Positions 8,093 to 19,655 of a DNA stretch of 64,000 nt are shown piece by piece. Origin of the DNA: Thermodesulfobacteriota bacterium (lineage in GTDB: Bacteria; Desulfobacterota_D; UBA1144; Nemesobacterales; UBA2774). A program made the translations under genes and the position numbers. The stretch is from positions 2,080,001 to 2,144,000 of the forward strand of contig OZ244197.1 of the NCBI GenBank assembly GCA_965216785.1. The letters run 5' to 3'. The notes beneath the pieces are model-generated. The model saw only the letters and a list, made by a program, of their open reading frames with translations, was not told the origin of the DNA and did no database searches. How positions within the stretch are numbered: position 1 is the first letter of the stretch; every line of letters begins with the position of its first letter.

Positions 8093-8824
8093 TTAGGGTC
8101 TCTGTCCGCCAAAAAGCGCGAGCTCGAAGATCTTAAAGAAGCAGTCTACTTCGTTAAAACCGATTTCCCGAAGCCATTCGCACTGATCTTCCACACCGGC
8201 GAGTATATTTTCATCTTTATCGGGACGGGTCTTGAAATTATGCGCAATCACAGCCCTTTCTTTTTCTCCGTCATTTTTGACGTTGTATTTGTACAGGCTG
8301 TCAATGATGAGCTCATCGCTAAGGGATTCTATCCACTCGGACCTAGATGCCACATGCTCTAGGTTCAGAAAAAAGCCGCCGGGTTTAAGCAGGTTAAAAA
8401 TGTCGGTGTAAATTCTTTTCTTGTTCTCATCAGTCTGGTGGTGGATGGAATAGCCCGATACGACAAGATCGAAGGGGCCGTGCTCCGACGCGTCTTTCCA
8501 CCAGTTTACGTCTTCATAATCCGACTTTATAAAAGAAGCCCTATCACCTTGCACGCTTAACGATTTACGGGCCTCTTCCAACATGGGTCCCGAGTAATCT
8601 AAAAGCACTCCCTTGCTCTCAGGGAAGTTTGAGAGTATGACCGCGCCCAGGATCCCGTTTCCGCAGCCGACGTCAAGGAAACTGCGGACCGGGCGGTCGA
8701 GGGATTTTACTATGTGGACAATAACGTCGAGCTGCTCTTCGGCAAACGGAATAGCGCCCCTGATGTCCTTTAGAAATGTGCCTATAAATTCTTTATCTTT
8801 CCAGACTACGTCCTTAGCGTTCAT
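8093..8824 (-). CDS. Class I SAM-dependent methyltransferase
   Basis: LDVGCGNG, FDLVVSGYSIHH, LKPGG. Confidence 0.9.
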   Translation of the reverse strand: MNAKDVVWKDKEFIGTFLKDIRGAIPFAEEQLDVIVHIVKSLDRPVRSFLDVGCGNGILGAVILSNFPESKGVLLDYSGPMLEEARKSLSVQGDRASFIKSDYEDVNWWKDASEHGPFDLVVSGYSIHHQTDENKKRIYTDIFNLLKPGGFFLNLEHVASRSEWIESLSDELIIDSLYKYNVKNDGEKERAVIAHNFKTRPDKDENILAGVEDQCEWLREIGFNEVDCFFKIFELALFGGQRP

Positions 8825-9062
8825 CTGATCTCACCTGTGTAGATAGATCGATATTTAATATCCGTGTAGTGCCTATCTATGCTATCATCAATTTATATTA
8901 TTGCTAATTAAACAGTGAGGGTGAGTTAATATCTTTGATAAATCCAGCGCAAAGGATTTTCGGAGCTTTGTTACAGGTGGGACAGCGTATCTAATCCGGC
9001 TTATATGTATAGCCCCTGGAGTTGTCGAGGACCTGGATTTTGAACTCTGAATTTCCTATATC

Positions 9063-9110
9063 TTGACACTAATGGGAAGCACGGTATATTGATATTGATA
9101 TTGATTTTCA
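9063..9110 (+). promoter_or_regulatory. Sigma70 promoter overlapped by a Fur-box-like site
   Basis: TTGACA 9063-9068, TATATT 9085-9090; TGATATT-G-ATTTTCA 9096-9110 resembles the 7-1-7 Fur box; lies upstream of feoAB. Confidence 0.7.
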
Positions 9111-9159
9111 GGAAGCGGTAGAAATCACTTCCAAATTCACTTAGGACCGGGACGAAAAA

Positions 9160-9381
9160 ATGACATTATCAGAGTTAAAACAGGACGCGGAAGCAGAGCT
9201 TTTAGGGCCTTTTTCAAGCAATAACCCTCATCTGAATAAGGTTGAAGCAATGGGTCTTCGCTCCGGCGCTAAGATCGTTATACGTAAGATACACGGTAGA
9301 AACATAGTAGTGCAGGTGAAAGACCTAGGGGTTGACCTCGTAATAGATAAAGAGCTGGCGGGTATGCTGGAGGTAAGTTGA
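9160..9381 (+). CDS. feoA: Ferrous iron transport protein A
   Basis: AMGLRSGAKI SH3-like FeoA; overlaps the feoB start. Confidence 0.85.
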   Translation: MTLSELKQDAEAELLGPFSSNNPHLNKVEAMGLRSGAKIVIRKIHGRNIVVQVKDLGVDLVIDKELAGMLEVS

Positions 9382-11459
9382 AAAGAATTACCGTCGGGCT
9401 TGCTGGTAACCCGAATGTCGGCAAAACCACAATACTCAACAACATAGCGGGAAAGAACTTAAAGGTCGGCAACTGGGCCGGCGTCACCGTAGAAAAAGCC
9501 GAAGTAGAATTTACCTATAATAACTACACACTCCATATTATAGATATTCCCGGAATTTATAACCTTACCGCGACCTCAGACGCGGAAAAGGCAGCCGTGC
9601 AGTTCCTCGTAGACGGCGAGATCGATGTCGTCGTAAGCGTGCTCGATTCCTCGAACCTTGCCAGAAATCTGCTACTGACGGTAGAGCTGATGGAGCTCGA
9701 AAAACCAACCGTTCTGGCCTTGAATATGGCGGACGAAGCCAGAAGTAAAGGGCTGGAGCTGGATTTGGAGAAATTAAAAACTATTCTCCAGACGGACGCG
9801 TGCTTCACGGTAGCCAATTCAGGGGAAGGGATAAACGATCTTCTGGATAAGATAATTAACTGCTTTGAGGAAGGTCCCGACCCGGCGAAGCTAAAGTATG
9901 GCGAGAGTGTCGAGACGGCGCTCATTACAGCAGCCGAGAAATCGGGTATGTCCGCTCCCAGTAAGTATGAGGCTATAAGGGCGCTTGAAACAGGTGAGCA
10001 GGAAGCGGATGAAGCCGAGCGCTCGCTCGGAGTAAGTGTCACGAAAGCCTTAAACGAAGAGAGGTGGAAACTTGCTTCTTCAGTCGCCGAGAGCGTTAGC
10101 ACGTCATCAAAAGTAAAAGCGGAGAGCGTCTCGACTAAGCTCGACAGGGTACTTCTTCATCCCTTTATGGGTATTGCCATCTATATCGCGCTCTTTTATC
10201 TGATGTTCAAGATCTCCTTTGATTTTTCCGCTCCCTACATGGACTGGATAGACGGGTTTATGAACAATTTCCTGGCCACGGCCTCAAGCAAGCTATTACT
10301 TACGCTTGGGATACCGGATGTGGTTACAAGATTTGTGTCCGAGGCAGTGATAGGCGGCGTGGGATTTGTATTAACGTTTGTTCCCCTTGTGGCGATACTG
10401 TATTTTTTCATCACATTTTTCGAGATGTCGGGTTACCTGCCGAGGATCGTATTTATGATGGATAGGTTCATGCACCGTTTGGGGCTGCACGGGAACATGA
10501 TGACGCCTCTCTTGCTCGGGTTCGGCTGCAACGTTCCGGCCATTATGGCGACAAAGAATATGTCCAGCAAGACAGACAAAATGCTCGTTACCATGATGAT
10601 CCCTTTTATGAGCTGTCCGGCAAGGCTTGTAGTGTTCGCTTTCTTCGCCTTTATATTCTTTGACAATCCCGCTCTCGTAATAGTATCGCTCTATGGAATA
10701 GGCGTTATAGTGGCGCTGATTACGGCTCTTTTACTGAGAAGGTCGTATTTAAAAGGTAAAGCCGCAAATTTCCTTCTGGAGCTTCCGCCCTACAGGCTCC
10801 CTTCGCTAAAGACCGTATCTACGATTGTCTGGGCACACGTTAAGAGGTTTATATATAAGGCCGGGACGTTCATTTTTCTGGTATCGATAGTCGTGTGGGT
10901 GCTTCTGAATCTGCCCCCCAATATTAAAAGCCCCGACGAGAGCATAGCGGCTAGGATAGGTAAGACCATAACCCCCGTGTTCGAGCCGATCGGGCTTAGC
11001 GACTGGAGAGCCACGACTTCGCTGATACCGGGGTTTCTGGCAAGAGAAGTCGTGCTCAGCTCGATGGGGATAATCTATAAAACATCTACTGATGACTCGC
11101 TGGAGGGAAAGGACGAGGAGAGCCTCGCGCTCCTCTTAAAGGAGCAGGCAGTGGAATTCGGCGAAAGTGTAAAATCCTCCTTTCTCTCGATAGTCACGTT
11201 TGGATTTTCCACATTTGAGGTTGAAACGTCGGAAGAAGGTGAGGGGCTCCGCCAAACTATAAAGAAATCATTTACCGCTTCTTCGGCTTACTCGTTCATG
11301 ATACTATTACTCATATATAACTCGTGCGTCGCCACTGTGGCTATCATGATCCGTGAGATTGGGAGAAAGGCTTCTTTTTTATTTCTAGGCTACAGTTTTG
11401 TGGCCGCCTGGGTTCTCGCGTTCGTGTTTTACAACGTATCGAATCTTCTGTGGCCATAG
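9378..11459 (+). CDS. feoB: Ferrous iron transport protein B
   Basis: GNPNVGKT, VGNWAGVTVE, DIPGIY, GFGCNVPA, PFMSCPARL. Confidence 0.97.
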   Translation: MKRITVGLAGNPNVGKTTILNNIAGKNLKVGNWAGVTVEKAEVEFTYNNYTLHIIDIPGIYNLTATSDAEKAAVQFLVDGEIDVVVSVLDSSNLARNLLLTVELMELEKPTVLALNMADEARSKGLELDLEKLKTILQTDACFTVANSGEGINDLLDKIINCFEEGPDPAKLKYGESVETALITAAEKSGMSAPSKYEAIRALETGEQEADEAERSLGVSVTKALNEERWKLASSVAESVSTSSKVKAESVSTKLDRVLLHPFMGIAIYIALFYLMFKISFDFSAPYMDWIDGFMNNFLATASSKLLLTLGIPDVVTRFVSEAVIGGVGFVLTFVPLVAILYFFITFFEMSGYLPRIVFMMDRFMHRLGLHGNMMTPLLLGFGCNVPAIMATKNMSSKTDKMLVTMMIPFMSCPARLVVFAFFAFIFFDNPALVIVSLYGIGVIVALITALLLRRSYLKGKAANFLLELPPYRLPSLKTVSTIVWAHVKRFIYKAGTFIFLVSIVVWVLLNLPPNIKSPDESIAARIGKTITPVFEPIGLSDWRATTSLIPGFLAREVVLSSMGIIYKTSTDDSLEGKDEESLALLLKEQAVEFGESVKSSFLSIVTFGFSTFEVETSEEGEGLRQTIKKSFTASSAYSFMILLLIYNSCVATVAIMIREIGRKASFLFLGYSFVAAWVLAFVFYNVSNLLWP

Positions 11460-11494
11460 CAGCGCCCGTTAACTAAAAAAAGAGGTATCTCTAA

Positions 11495-12685
11495 ATGTTA
11501 AAAAGCTTCATCATATCGGCTGCTTTAATTCTTCTCGTCTCAGGCTGCGCTCAAAAGCAAGTGAATGTTTCAGATACGCCCGAGGCCGTGACTGAAACCG
11601 GGAATCCGAAGTTTGAACAACGCTGGACGTTTAGCCGCCAGTACTCAGAGGATAGCGGCATGAAGCCAAGGGGAGGCACCAGTACGGGAGCGCCCGTAGC
11701 GCTCGACAGTTCTCCTAACGAGGCGTATCTGTCTATAAGCGAGCCCGGTATTTCCAAGTTCGAGCGGGACCGAAGGGCGATACTCGCAATGGCAGGCACT
11801 TACAGAACATCATTCGATTTTGTTGAGACTGTGTCCCTTAAGCAAGGCTATGAGCTTGACCGCCCGTATCAGTCCTGGGCGACGGAGATCGTGGAGGTCA
11901 TAGAGGACAGGGGAGATTTCATAAGCCTCCAGCATATACTCGTGATGTACCTCATTGACGAGGAAGGAAGTAGACAGGGTCCTTTTGTCAGTAAGCACTG
12001 GCGGCAGGACTGGATGTATGAGGACGCGGACGTACTTACCTACAGAGGCAATAGTACATGGGAGAAAGTTGCCGTACCCGAAGATGAGTCCCGGGGCAGG
12101 TGGACACAGGCGGTGTACCAGGTGGACGATTCTCCCCGATACGAGTCGGTCGGCGAGTGGGAGCACGAGGGGAATTACTCGGGATGGACGAGCGCTGAGA
12201 CTTGGAGGCCCCTTCCGCGAAGGGAGTTTAGCGTGAGGGACGATTACGGCGTGCTCGAGGGGGTGAACCGGCATATTGTTATCCCCACAGGCTGGGTGCA
12301 TGAGCAGGATAATATAAAGCTCATAATTGATGAAAAAGGCATGCCTGCTCCTGTGAACCCGTATATCTCAAAAGAGGTCGGGCTGAACCGCTATGAGAGG
12401 ATAAGCGGCGAGGAGTACGCTCCGGGAGAGGAGTACTGGGAGGCGACGGGGGAGTTCTGGGGTGACGTACGGGACGCGTGGTCGGGGTATATAGAGGAAA
12501 ACAATACGATAAAACTAAAGAGTAATGTAGAGGGGAAAAAGCTGTATCAGTATCTTTTCGAATACGCCGCTCAGGTACAGGAAAGCGGAGCTTATGATAG
12601 CGAGGCCGGCTCAAAATTCGCCTCCAAAACCATAGGGAGCTTTATAGTCTCAGATGACGCAGAGCCCGTTAGCGGCGTCTATTAA
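11495..12685 (+). CDS. Lipoprotein, DUF6607-like
   Basis: Lipobox VSGC; DRRAILAMAG, KHWRQDW, QVDDSPRY, WRPLPRRE. Confidence 0.7.
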   Translation: MLKSFIISAALILLVSGCAQKQVNVSDTPEAVTETGNPKFEQRWTFSRQYSEDSGMKPRGGTSTGAPVALDSSPNEAYLSISEPGISKFERDRRAILAMAGTYRTSFDFVETVSLKQGYELDRPYQSWATEIVEVIEDRGDFISLQHILVMYLIDEEGSRQGPFVSKHWRQDWMYEDADVLTYRGNSTWEKVAVPEDESRGRWTQAVYQVDDSPRYESVGEWEHEGNYSGWTSAETWRPLPRREFSVRDDYGVLEGVNRHIVIPTGWVHEQDNIKLIIDEKGMPAPVNPYISKEVGLNRYERISGEEYAPGEEYWEATGEFWGDVRDAWSGYIEENNTIKLKSNVEGKKLYQYLFEYAAQVQESGAYDSEAGSKFASKTIGSFIVSDDAEPVSGVY

Positions 12686-12711
12686 TCATTGCTTAGTTAT
12701 AATTTACTTAC

Positions 12712-13539
12712 ATGCCCGAAGCCATTAATAAACATTCTAAAACGCCCCGGTTTATTAAAGCGCTATATATAATCATCATCTTGGCCGCGCTTAATATACT
12801 GCTCCATCTGGTATTTTCGATATTTACTCAAAACGCGGACGTATCGGCCCTCTCTCACAGGGGCGCCGCGGCGATCGCGCCCGAGAACACTCTTACCGGA
12901 GTAATGGCGGGCGTCGCAACAGGCGCGCCGTTCATAGAAGTGGATATCCGCATGACAAAGGACGGGGTGCTGGTGCTCATGCACGACAGCACTGTAGACA
13001 GGACCACGGATGGGAGCGGCAAAGTAGGTGATCTTTCATGGGGTTACTTAAACACTTTGGATGCCGGCGCCTGGTTCGGTGATGATTTCAAGGGAGAGCC
13101 CGTGCCCCGATTGGACAGCGTTCTTGAGTATATGAAGGGAAAACCGTCTACACTGGTAATTGAAGTTAAGTCGCCGGACAGCTATCCGGGTATAGAGACA
13201 AATCTGACAGGCGCTCTATTGCATTACGGCATGGAAGGGGAGGTCGTTTTAATCTCCTTTGACGGCGGTTGGGTCGAGCGGGCCGGGCGTCTGATGCCTG
13301 GTGCGACGCTCGGAGTGCTGTACGTCTATCCAATTACCTTTCCCCGTGCAGGTGAGGTTGAATATATAAACGTATTCTGGCCGAGCCTGGTCCTTGACCC
13401 TACGCTCGTATGGCGTTTAAAGAAAAAGGGATTTAAAGTTTGGGCGTGGAATATTGATAGCTCCCTCATCGCAAGGTTCCTCATATGGAAGGGTGTTGAC
13501 GGCCTTACGCTGGACAGAGCGGGGCTGATAGGCAATTAA
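12712..13539 (+). CDS. Glycerophosphodiester phosphodiesterase
   Basis: HRGA..APENT, EVDIRMTKDG..VLMHD..VDRTT. Confidence 0.92.
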   Translation: MPEAINKHSKTPRFIKALYIIIILAALNILLHLVFSIFTQNADVSALSHRGAAAIAPENTLTGVMAGVATGAPFIEVDIRMTKDGVLVLMHDSTVDRTTDGSGKVGDLSWGYLNTLDAGAWFGDDFKGEPVPRLDSVLEYMKGKPSTLVIEVKSPDSYPGIETNLTGALLHYGMEGEVVLISFDGGWVERAGRLMPGATLGVLYVYPITFPRAGEVEYINVFWPSLVLDPTLVWRLKKKGFKVWAWNIDSSLIARFLIWKGVDGLTLDRAGLIGN

Positions 13540-13568
13540 AATCTCAAAGTTTCATTCAAATTATAAGT

Positions 13569-15152
13569 CTACTTACTCTCTGAGAGTTCTTCTCTGCGCA
13601 GAAGCTTGCGTATATACAGTCCCCCTAGTAAGAGAACCAAAAACAGGGGTACTAGAGTCAGGAGGATTTTAGGACCGCTCATTTTCATAAATACTATAAA
13701 AGGTATAGACAGTAGTACTTGATTGATTTCTCCTTCGAAAAACCTGGGGATAAGTACGCTAGTAAGCATGTTGGAACCCTCTGTCAGGGTTATTATCTGA
13801 ACGCTTGCTGATACGAGAGAAGTAAAAAAACTGACTACAAAGAGTGCGGCCAGTCCCCGTTTCAGCCAGGGGCCGGCTTTTGTCCATAGCAGCGCGAAAG
13901 GCAAGCATATAAAAGGGAGTATCGGTACAAGGTGTCGAGGACCCGTTGCTAAACCGCCGTGCCAATAGAAGTAAGAGGCGTTCCATATGAGGTAGTAGGC
14001 CAAAATGGCGCATATGGTTATTACTTCTCCTTTTGATTCCGGAGCGCGCCAGTACACGTAAATGGCAAACGGCGTCAGGAGCAGTATCGGTGAGAACCAG
14101 AAAAGGCCCCTCTCTCCCCCGAATAAAATGCCGTAGAGTCTTTCTATACGAGGGTATGTGAGGCCGTGAAAACCCTCGTCCATTCCGGTAAATATGCCGA
14201 GATTGGTTACGTACTGATATCCGGTACTGAATGGTGAGTCAAAAGCGACATAGTTGTAAATAAGAAGCGGGAGAATGAACAGGACAGCGGCTGCTGCTGC
14301 TGTTAAAAGTGTGCGGGCCGTCTTGCCCCTTTCCCACCTGGCTACCTTCGACAGACCGTAAAGCGCGATAATTACTGAGGCTAATGCGGCGGGGTATTCG
14401 ACAACTACAGCCCAGGATAAAAGCGCCCCCGCCGTGAAAGCAAGAGTAATTTCTTTATATCGTGAAGGTTTAGAGAGATTATTCAGATAATAAAGGCTTG
14501 TAAATGCTATAAAAAGGCATGCTCCTGTAAGCACATGAGCGTGGAATGATGAGGACCATATAAACGCGGGTGTAGCAAGCCCATAGGTTAGAGTGGCAAA
14601 CACCGCTCCAGCGGTGCTCGCGCCGATTTTCAGGGCAAAGAAATAGATAATAAGCGCCGTAAGCGCAGAGATAAGCCCTGAAGCGAAATATGTGCCCAAT
14701 AGCTGGATGAAATCAAGCCCTCTACTCCCCGCTACTTCCCCCGGTACTCTTTTTTGGTAAGAGCTTAATTCCGAAGGCTCATCGGGCGTTATTACATAGG
14801 TGAGATTATTATTGTTGCAGGCTCTACTGATAAGCCTGTTTTTCGAATCTGAAAACCCCATGTCTTTACACAAAGAGGTGAAAATTTTATAACCTGTCCA
14901 GATTGCTGGCAGCGCGGTGAAACTATAGCCCGGGGCTTTATCAGCATAGTAATTATCCTTATATAATGCCTTGTCTACTGTGATTCGATGGTACTTGTTA
15001 ATATTAACCGTACCGCTCTCGACCATAGACAGCGCGAGTACGGCGCGGGTCCTGGAGTTTGGGCTCCAAGTGTTTCGCATGAAGTAAAAGAATGAGAACA
15101 CGAGTACTAAGAAGAGCGTTATAGCTATTTTGAGCCTTATGTTGTTTTTCAT
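13569..15152 (-). CDS. Multi-pass membrane protein, GT-C fold glycosyltransferase-like
   Basis: D..YYADKAPG loop, many TMs, YNY..F.SPF..GY, GPRHL. Confidence 0.6.
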   Translation of the reverse strand: MKNNIRLKIAITLFLVLVFSFFYFMRNTWSPNSRTRAVLALSMVESGTVNINKYHRITVDKALYKDNYYADKAPGYSFTALPAIWTGYKIFTSLCKDMGFSDSKNRLISRACNNNNLTYVITPDEPSELSSYQKRVPGEVAGSRGLDFIQLLGTYFASGLISALTALIIYFFALKIGASTAGAVFATLTYGLATPAFIWSSSFHAHVLTGACLFIAFTSLYYLNNLSKPSRYKEITLAFTAGALLSWAVVVEYPAALASVIIALYGLSKVARWERGKTARTLLTAAAAAVLFILPLLIYNYVAFDSPFSTGYQYVTNLGIFTGMDEGFHGLTYPRIERLYGILFGGERGLFWFSPILLLTPFAIYVYWRAPESKGEVITICAILAYYLIWNASYFYWHGGLATGPRHLVPILPFICLPFALLWTKAGPWLKRGLAALFVVSFFTSLVSASVQIITLTEGSNMLTSVLIPRFFEGEINQVLLSIPFIVFMKMSGPKILLTLVPLFLVLLLGGLYIRKLLRREELSESK

Positions 15153-15258
15153 TCTGTGTCCAGGATTATGATTTTCGCTGTCTTTTAATTAGGCTTATCG
15201 GGCATGAGCCTAATATAACTCTCTTGGGCAGTGGGGGCAAACACATAGTTTAATAGGC

Positions 15259-15702
15259 CTACTTCGTTACCGGATAACCTTCTTCTTCCCAGGCTACAAT
15301 GCCGCCCTGTATATCGTAAATATCAATAAACCCGAGCTCTTCTAACTGAGCTCCGGCTATTTCGCTCCTTCTGCCGGAGCGGCAATGTATAACGTAGGTT
15401 TTTCCGGGGTCGAGCTTTGCGGCGTCTTCTCTGAAAGATTGGGACTTCACGTCTAAATTTATAGCATTTTCTATGTGTCCCTGGGAAAATTCCTCAGGAG
15501 TTCTTACATCCAGTATTATAAAATCGGGATTGCTCTTATTCTCTTCTATTAGCGAAGCCGTGTCTTTAACGCTAATCTGCTTTACCGGTGCGGCGCTCTC
15601 TTTTTGCTTTTCATTATCCTTGGCCAATAGCATAGGGCCGGCTGCCACAAGAAGACAGAAGAAGATCAGGGTCCATGTAAATGCACTGCGGAATCGGCTC
15701 AT
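15259..15702 (-). CDS. Exported rhodanese-domain protein
   Basis: Signal peptide; LDVRTPEEF..GHI, CRSGRRS, GG..AW. Confidence 0.92.
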   Translation of the reverse strand: MSRFRSAFTWTLIFFCLLVAAGPMLLAKDNEKQKESAAPVKQISVKDTASLIEENKSNPDFIILDVRTPEEFSQGHIENAINLDVKSQSFREDAAKLDPGKTYVIHCRSGRRSEIAGAQLEELGFIDIYDIQGGIVAWEEEGYPVTK

Positions 15703-15851
15703 TTTATCAAATTACCCCCTTAGATATAATTTTATTGACTCTGCGTAACTTGGTTATTCTACCTTAATACCTCCATCCTAACATGTTAGATGTCGGTTTT
15801 TACTGTTAACTTGCACAAAATTCTAAAAGAAAAGTATAATTACTAAAGTAG

Positions 15852-18086
15852 ATGAATAATGTGAACAACTCCGGATCTAAAGATCCTTCGGGGACAATAG
15901 ACAAGAATTTAGGCGTTTTAATAAACATAGTTGAAGCTGTACATAAATCAAACGACCTAAATGAGATATACAACACCGCGCTCGACCTGGTGATTGAGCT
16001 CGAAAAGGTGGATATGGCCACTATTTACCTTGTCGACGAGTCAAAGAACGAAGCGGTGCTGCAGGCGCAGCGTAACTTCCCTGAAGACTATGTTAAGAAC
16101 GCCTCTCGTATACCCCGCGGGAGAGGGATTACCTGGCACGTCATTCAAACCGGGGAGATCTTAAACGTCGAGGACGTACACAAGCATCCCGTAGGTCCGG
16201 CCGGTAAAAGAGTGGGTTTTCACGGAGTTTTGGGCGTTCCCATTATGCTCGATCAAAAAGCGATCGGGGTTATCTACTTTGTAAGATACGAGGATGAGAA
16301 ATTTACGCAGAGCGAAGTCGAGTTACTAACGACTATCGGAGACCAAATTGCTATCGCTATCGCGAGAGCCAAACAGACGCAGGAGCTTGAACGGCGGAAT
16401 CAGAATCTATCGGTGCTTAGCGCTATTACCGAAAACGTGCATAAATCTGTCGACCTTGAGAACACTTATGAATCGTTTCTGAAAATGACTGAGGACATCG
16501 ATGTTTTTGATCTGATGGTGCTGTATCTTATTGAGGGCACAGGGCAAGATCAAGTGGCCGTGCTGCAGATACAGAGCGGGTTCCCGCAAGAGTATCTTGA
16601 TAGAGCCAGCAGGATACCGCGCGGGGTCGGGGTTACGTGGAAGGTTATCGAGTCGGGCGAGCATTCATACTATGAGAGCATGAACGACGAAGAGAACGTA
16701 GTAGGTCCCGCGGGAAGAGCTCTCGGGTCCCGTTCGATACTGTCGATTCCCCTTAAATCAGCCAGCCAGACCATAGGCGTTATTCATTTTATGAGCCTGG
16801 AAAAAAAGTCGTTCAGCAAAATAGAGATGGACATTTTGTTCTCGCTCGGAAACCAGATTGGTACCGCGATATCCAAAGCTAAGACTTTCAAGGAAGCGAG
16901 CGACAGGGCGCTTGAGCTGGAGAGTCTTTACGAGAACCTGCAGTCGGCGCAGAGCCAGTTAATACAGTCTGAAAAACTCGCATCGCTCGGGCAGCTTGTC
17001 TCGAGCATCGCGCATGAAATCAATAACCCCCTGACCCCGATACTCGGTTACTCGCAGTTGCTTATTTCCCAGTCATCCGTAGACCCGGTGAAACAAGACA
17101 AGTTCCTGGGAGTGATTCACGAATCCGCGGAAAAGGTAAAGAGAATTGTGGAAAACCTCCTGTCTTTCGCGAGGACCGACAAGCCCAACAGGGAATACAC
17201 GGACATAAATAAAATTGTGGAAAAAGCCGTTGAATTTAGAGAGTACCAGCTGGGTGTGGAAAATATCGAAATTCAAAGAGATTATGACTCTGAGCTTCCC
17301 AAGACCATGGCGGACGCAAACCAGATGCAGCAGGTGTTTACGAATATAATATTAAATGCCTACTACGCGATGGTAAACGGGGAAAACGGCAGCGGGAGAC
17401 TAACAGTCTCCACCTGCTCAGATGACGAGAAAGAGCTGAAAATCATGATATCGGACAATGGTCCCGGTATTGAAGAGGAGGTGCTAAAGAAAATTTTTGA
17501 CCCGTTCTTTACGACAAAACCACTGGGGATAGGCACTGGGCTTGGTCTTTCGGTGTCCTATGGGATTGTAAAAGAGCATCAGGGTGAAATAGTAGTTGAT
17601 ACAGAACTAGGCAAAGGCACGAAATTTACAGTCATACTACCTGTGATCGATTACAGTGAGTACATGTATATGCAGAGTATGACTCTGGAAGAGGAGCAAT
17701 TAAGCGATATGAGTAGCAATAAGGCAAATATAGAGAAAGTTCTAATTGTAGAGGACGAGGAGATTATTACTACCTTGATAAAGGGCATCCTGGAGAATGG
17801 GGGCTATAGCGTTGATCTGGCGTCAAACGGCGAGGACGCGCTCGCGAAGATAGACGGAAACAATTACGTCTTTATAGTGTGTGATATCAAGATGCCTCAG
17901 ATGGACGGTAAGGAGTTTTTTAGCAGAATTAGGGTATTAAATGAAGGACTCGCGTCAAAAATCCTGTTTATGACGGGTGACCCGAGCAAGGAAACACTCG
18001 ACTTTATTCGGGAGACCGGCAACAGTTACCTTGCCAAGCCGTTTAAGATTGAGGAGTTTATGGAGGCTATTACGGATTTGGGTTGA
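15852..18086 (+). CDS. Hybrid sensor histidine kinase (2x GAF, HisKA, HATPase, receiver)
   Basis: Duplicated GAF; [21 protein letters not shown]; [14 protein letters not shown]; C-terminal VEDE/DIKMP/KPF. Confidence 0.95.
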   Translation: MNNVNNSGSKDPSGTIDKNLGVLINIVEAVHKSNDLNEIYNTALDLVIELEKVDMATIYLVDESKNEAVLQAQRNFPEDYVKNASRIPRGRGITWHVIQTGEILNVEDVHKHPVGPAGKRVGFHGVLGVPIMLDQKAIGVIYFVRYEDEKFTQSEVELLTTIGDQIAIAIARAKQTQELERRNQNLSVLSAITENVHKSVDLENTYESFLKMTEDIDVFDLMVLYLIEGTGQDQVAVLQIQSGFPQEYLDRASRIPRGVGVTWKVIESGEHSYYESMNDEENVVGPAGRALGSRSILSIPLKSASQTIGVIHFMSLEKKSFSKIEMDILFSLGNQIGTAISKAKTFKEASDRALELESLYENLQSAQSQLIQSEKLASLGQLVSSIAHEINNPLTPILGYSQLLISQSSVDPVKQDKFLGVIHESAEKVKRIVENLLSFARTDKPNREYTDINKIVEKAVEFREYQLGVENIEIQRDYDSELPKTMADANQMQQVFTNIILNAYYAMVNGENGSGRLTVSTCSDDEKELKIMISDNGPGIEEEVLKKIFDPFFTTKPLGIGTGLGLSVSYGIVKEHQGEIVVDTELGKGTKFTVILPVIDYSEYMYMQSMTLEEEQLSDMSSNKANIEKVLIVEDEEIITTLIKGILENGGYSVDLASNGEDALAKIDGNNYVFIVCDIKMPQMDGKEFFSRIRVLNEGLASKILFMTGDPSKETLDFIRETGNSYLAKPFKIEEFMEAITDLG

Positions 18087-18244
18087 GCGCAAGCGCTGTG
18101 TGTCTCATGAGCCTTTATTGCTATGGGGCCGGGCGCGTACGCTCGTTCAAAACCGCTCCTGATTTTGTACGTTCCTGTTTAAACCCTGTAGAGGGAGACG
18201 TATAATTAATAGCGCGGGAGATTCTTTAGCGCCGGAGGCTAAGT

Positions 18245-18841
18245 ATGAGCAGTAGTAGAATTATGATCGCGCTGTTTTTGCTGGTCACACTCTCGGTATC
18301 AAGTGCCGAAGAGGTAAAGAACGACTCGGTGCCTGCGGGCACCGGTATCGGGCAGATTCCGGAGGTGAACGAGGTAACGAGGCTCGGCACGAGCTCGCTT
18401 GTTGCCGAGTATATGCCCATGGATAAGGGGAACGCCTGGACTTACAGTATTAAAAAAGACGGTAATATAAAAGAGCATACTCAGAGCGTAGTGTCGGAAA
18501 GCGGAGGCTGGTCGGTGTTCGATAACTATTTCGGAAAGGACGCTGTTTCGCTCAGGATTGCTCCCGGAGGCGAGCTGCTGGTGACAAGCGAAGGTGTGGT
18601 GAGCTCTTTTTACAACGATGAGGTTACTACGAGCTTTCCCGAGGAGGCCGTTGAGACACCGGGGGGCAAATTTGAGCAGGCCATGGTGGTAACCATCCCT
18701 GAGGACAAAGAATTCTGGTTCCGGGACGTATATGTAAAAGGGGTGGGCCTTGTCTTTCACGAGCATAAAACCCCAAAAGGCAGTACTTCCTATTCACTTC
18801 TGAAAGCCAATGTCGGCGGTAGCGTATATCCTGCGGAATGA
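18245..18841 (+). CDS. Secreted hypothetical protein
   Basis: Signal peptide; YMPM..GNAWTY, VETPGGKF, YVKGVGLV motifs. Confidence 0.7.
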   Translation: MSSSRIMIALFLLVTLSVSSAEEVKNDSVPAGTGIGQIPEVNEVTRLGTSSLVAEYMPMDKGNAWTYSIKKDGNIKEHTQSVVSESGGWSVFDNYFGKDAVSLRIAPGGELLVTSEGVVSSFYNDEVTTSFPEEAVETPGGKFEQAMVVTIPEDKEFWFRDVYVKGVGLVFHEHKTPKGSTSYSLLKANVGGSVYPAE

Positions 18842-19133
18842 CACTATAGATTAAGCGCGCACAAGGCTTACTAACCGCTCCGTTTACTTCCCTCAGGAAG
18901 AAAATTATCTCACTTGCCACGCGCCGTTCAATATAACTGCACTACATAATTACCCCATCAAAAATACATTGATTACCCGATTGATTATTCCCCCCGGATA
19001 AAAGATAATAAACTTATTCACTTTAAGCTGAGTGTTTATAAGATGAGACAGTGGATAAATATTTGTTCGGGCAGGATGAATACAAACTAAAAATGAGTAG
19101 GTTGGGATATGAATAAAAATAGCACCGGGGATA

Positions 19134-19583
19134 TTGCTGCCCTGTTATAAAATGCAGGCGAATGCCGTGAATGAGTACCGGGATATGCGTATGGAAAGCT
19201 CTGTATATACCACTAAAGGAAAAAGCAGTCAGATGGAGTTAGCCAAATTTGAGAATATAGACGCGATAATGATTCCGACCGAGGGGTGCCGGGAAGGGCT
19301 TATCGTGATTCAAAATAAAGGCGATTCGATGGAGAAGCTTATAATGGACGGCTCTAAGGTTGTAGTGGACACCTCAAGCACTGTCATCGTGTCGGGCTCT
19401 ATTTACGCGCTTTCCGTACCGTGGGAGGGATGTATCCTGCGGGAATGCCACGCGGAACCCGATAGGTTGATCCTTAGACCTCATAACAAGAATTATCCTC
19501 AGACTACGCTTAAATGGGACGAGTTTGACCCCGCTATGGTTATCGGAAAGGTGTTCTGTAGTGTCATTAACGTGTTCAGGTGA
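19134..19583 (+). CDS. Stand-alone peptidase S24 (LexA/CI C-terminal)-like protein, no HTH; start uncertain
   Basis: GDSME, GS.VVVD, L.P.NKNYP, VIGKV; paralog of the 63364 gene. Confidence 0.8.
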   Translation: MLPCYKMQANAVNEYRDMRMESSVYTTKGKSSQMELAKFENIDAIMIPTEGCREGLIVIQNKGDSMEKLIMDGSKVVVDTSSTVIVSGSIYALSVPWEGCILRECHAEPDRLILRPHNKNYPQTTLKWDEFDPAMVIGKVFCSVINVFR

Positions 19584-19655
19584 TTTGGAAAATATGTGTA
19601 ACTGACAGCGGAGAAAGGCAGTAGAATCGAATAATATTCTTGAAGGAGGGGATGT

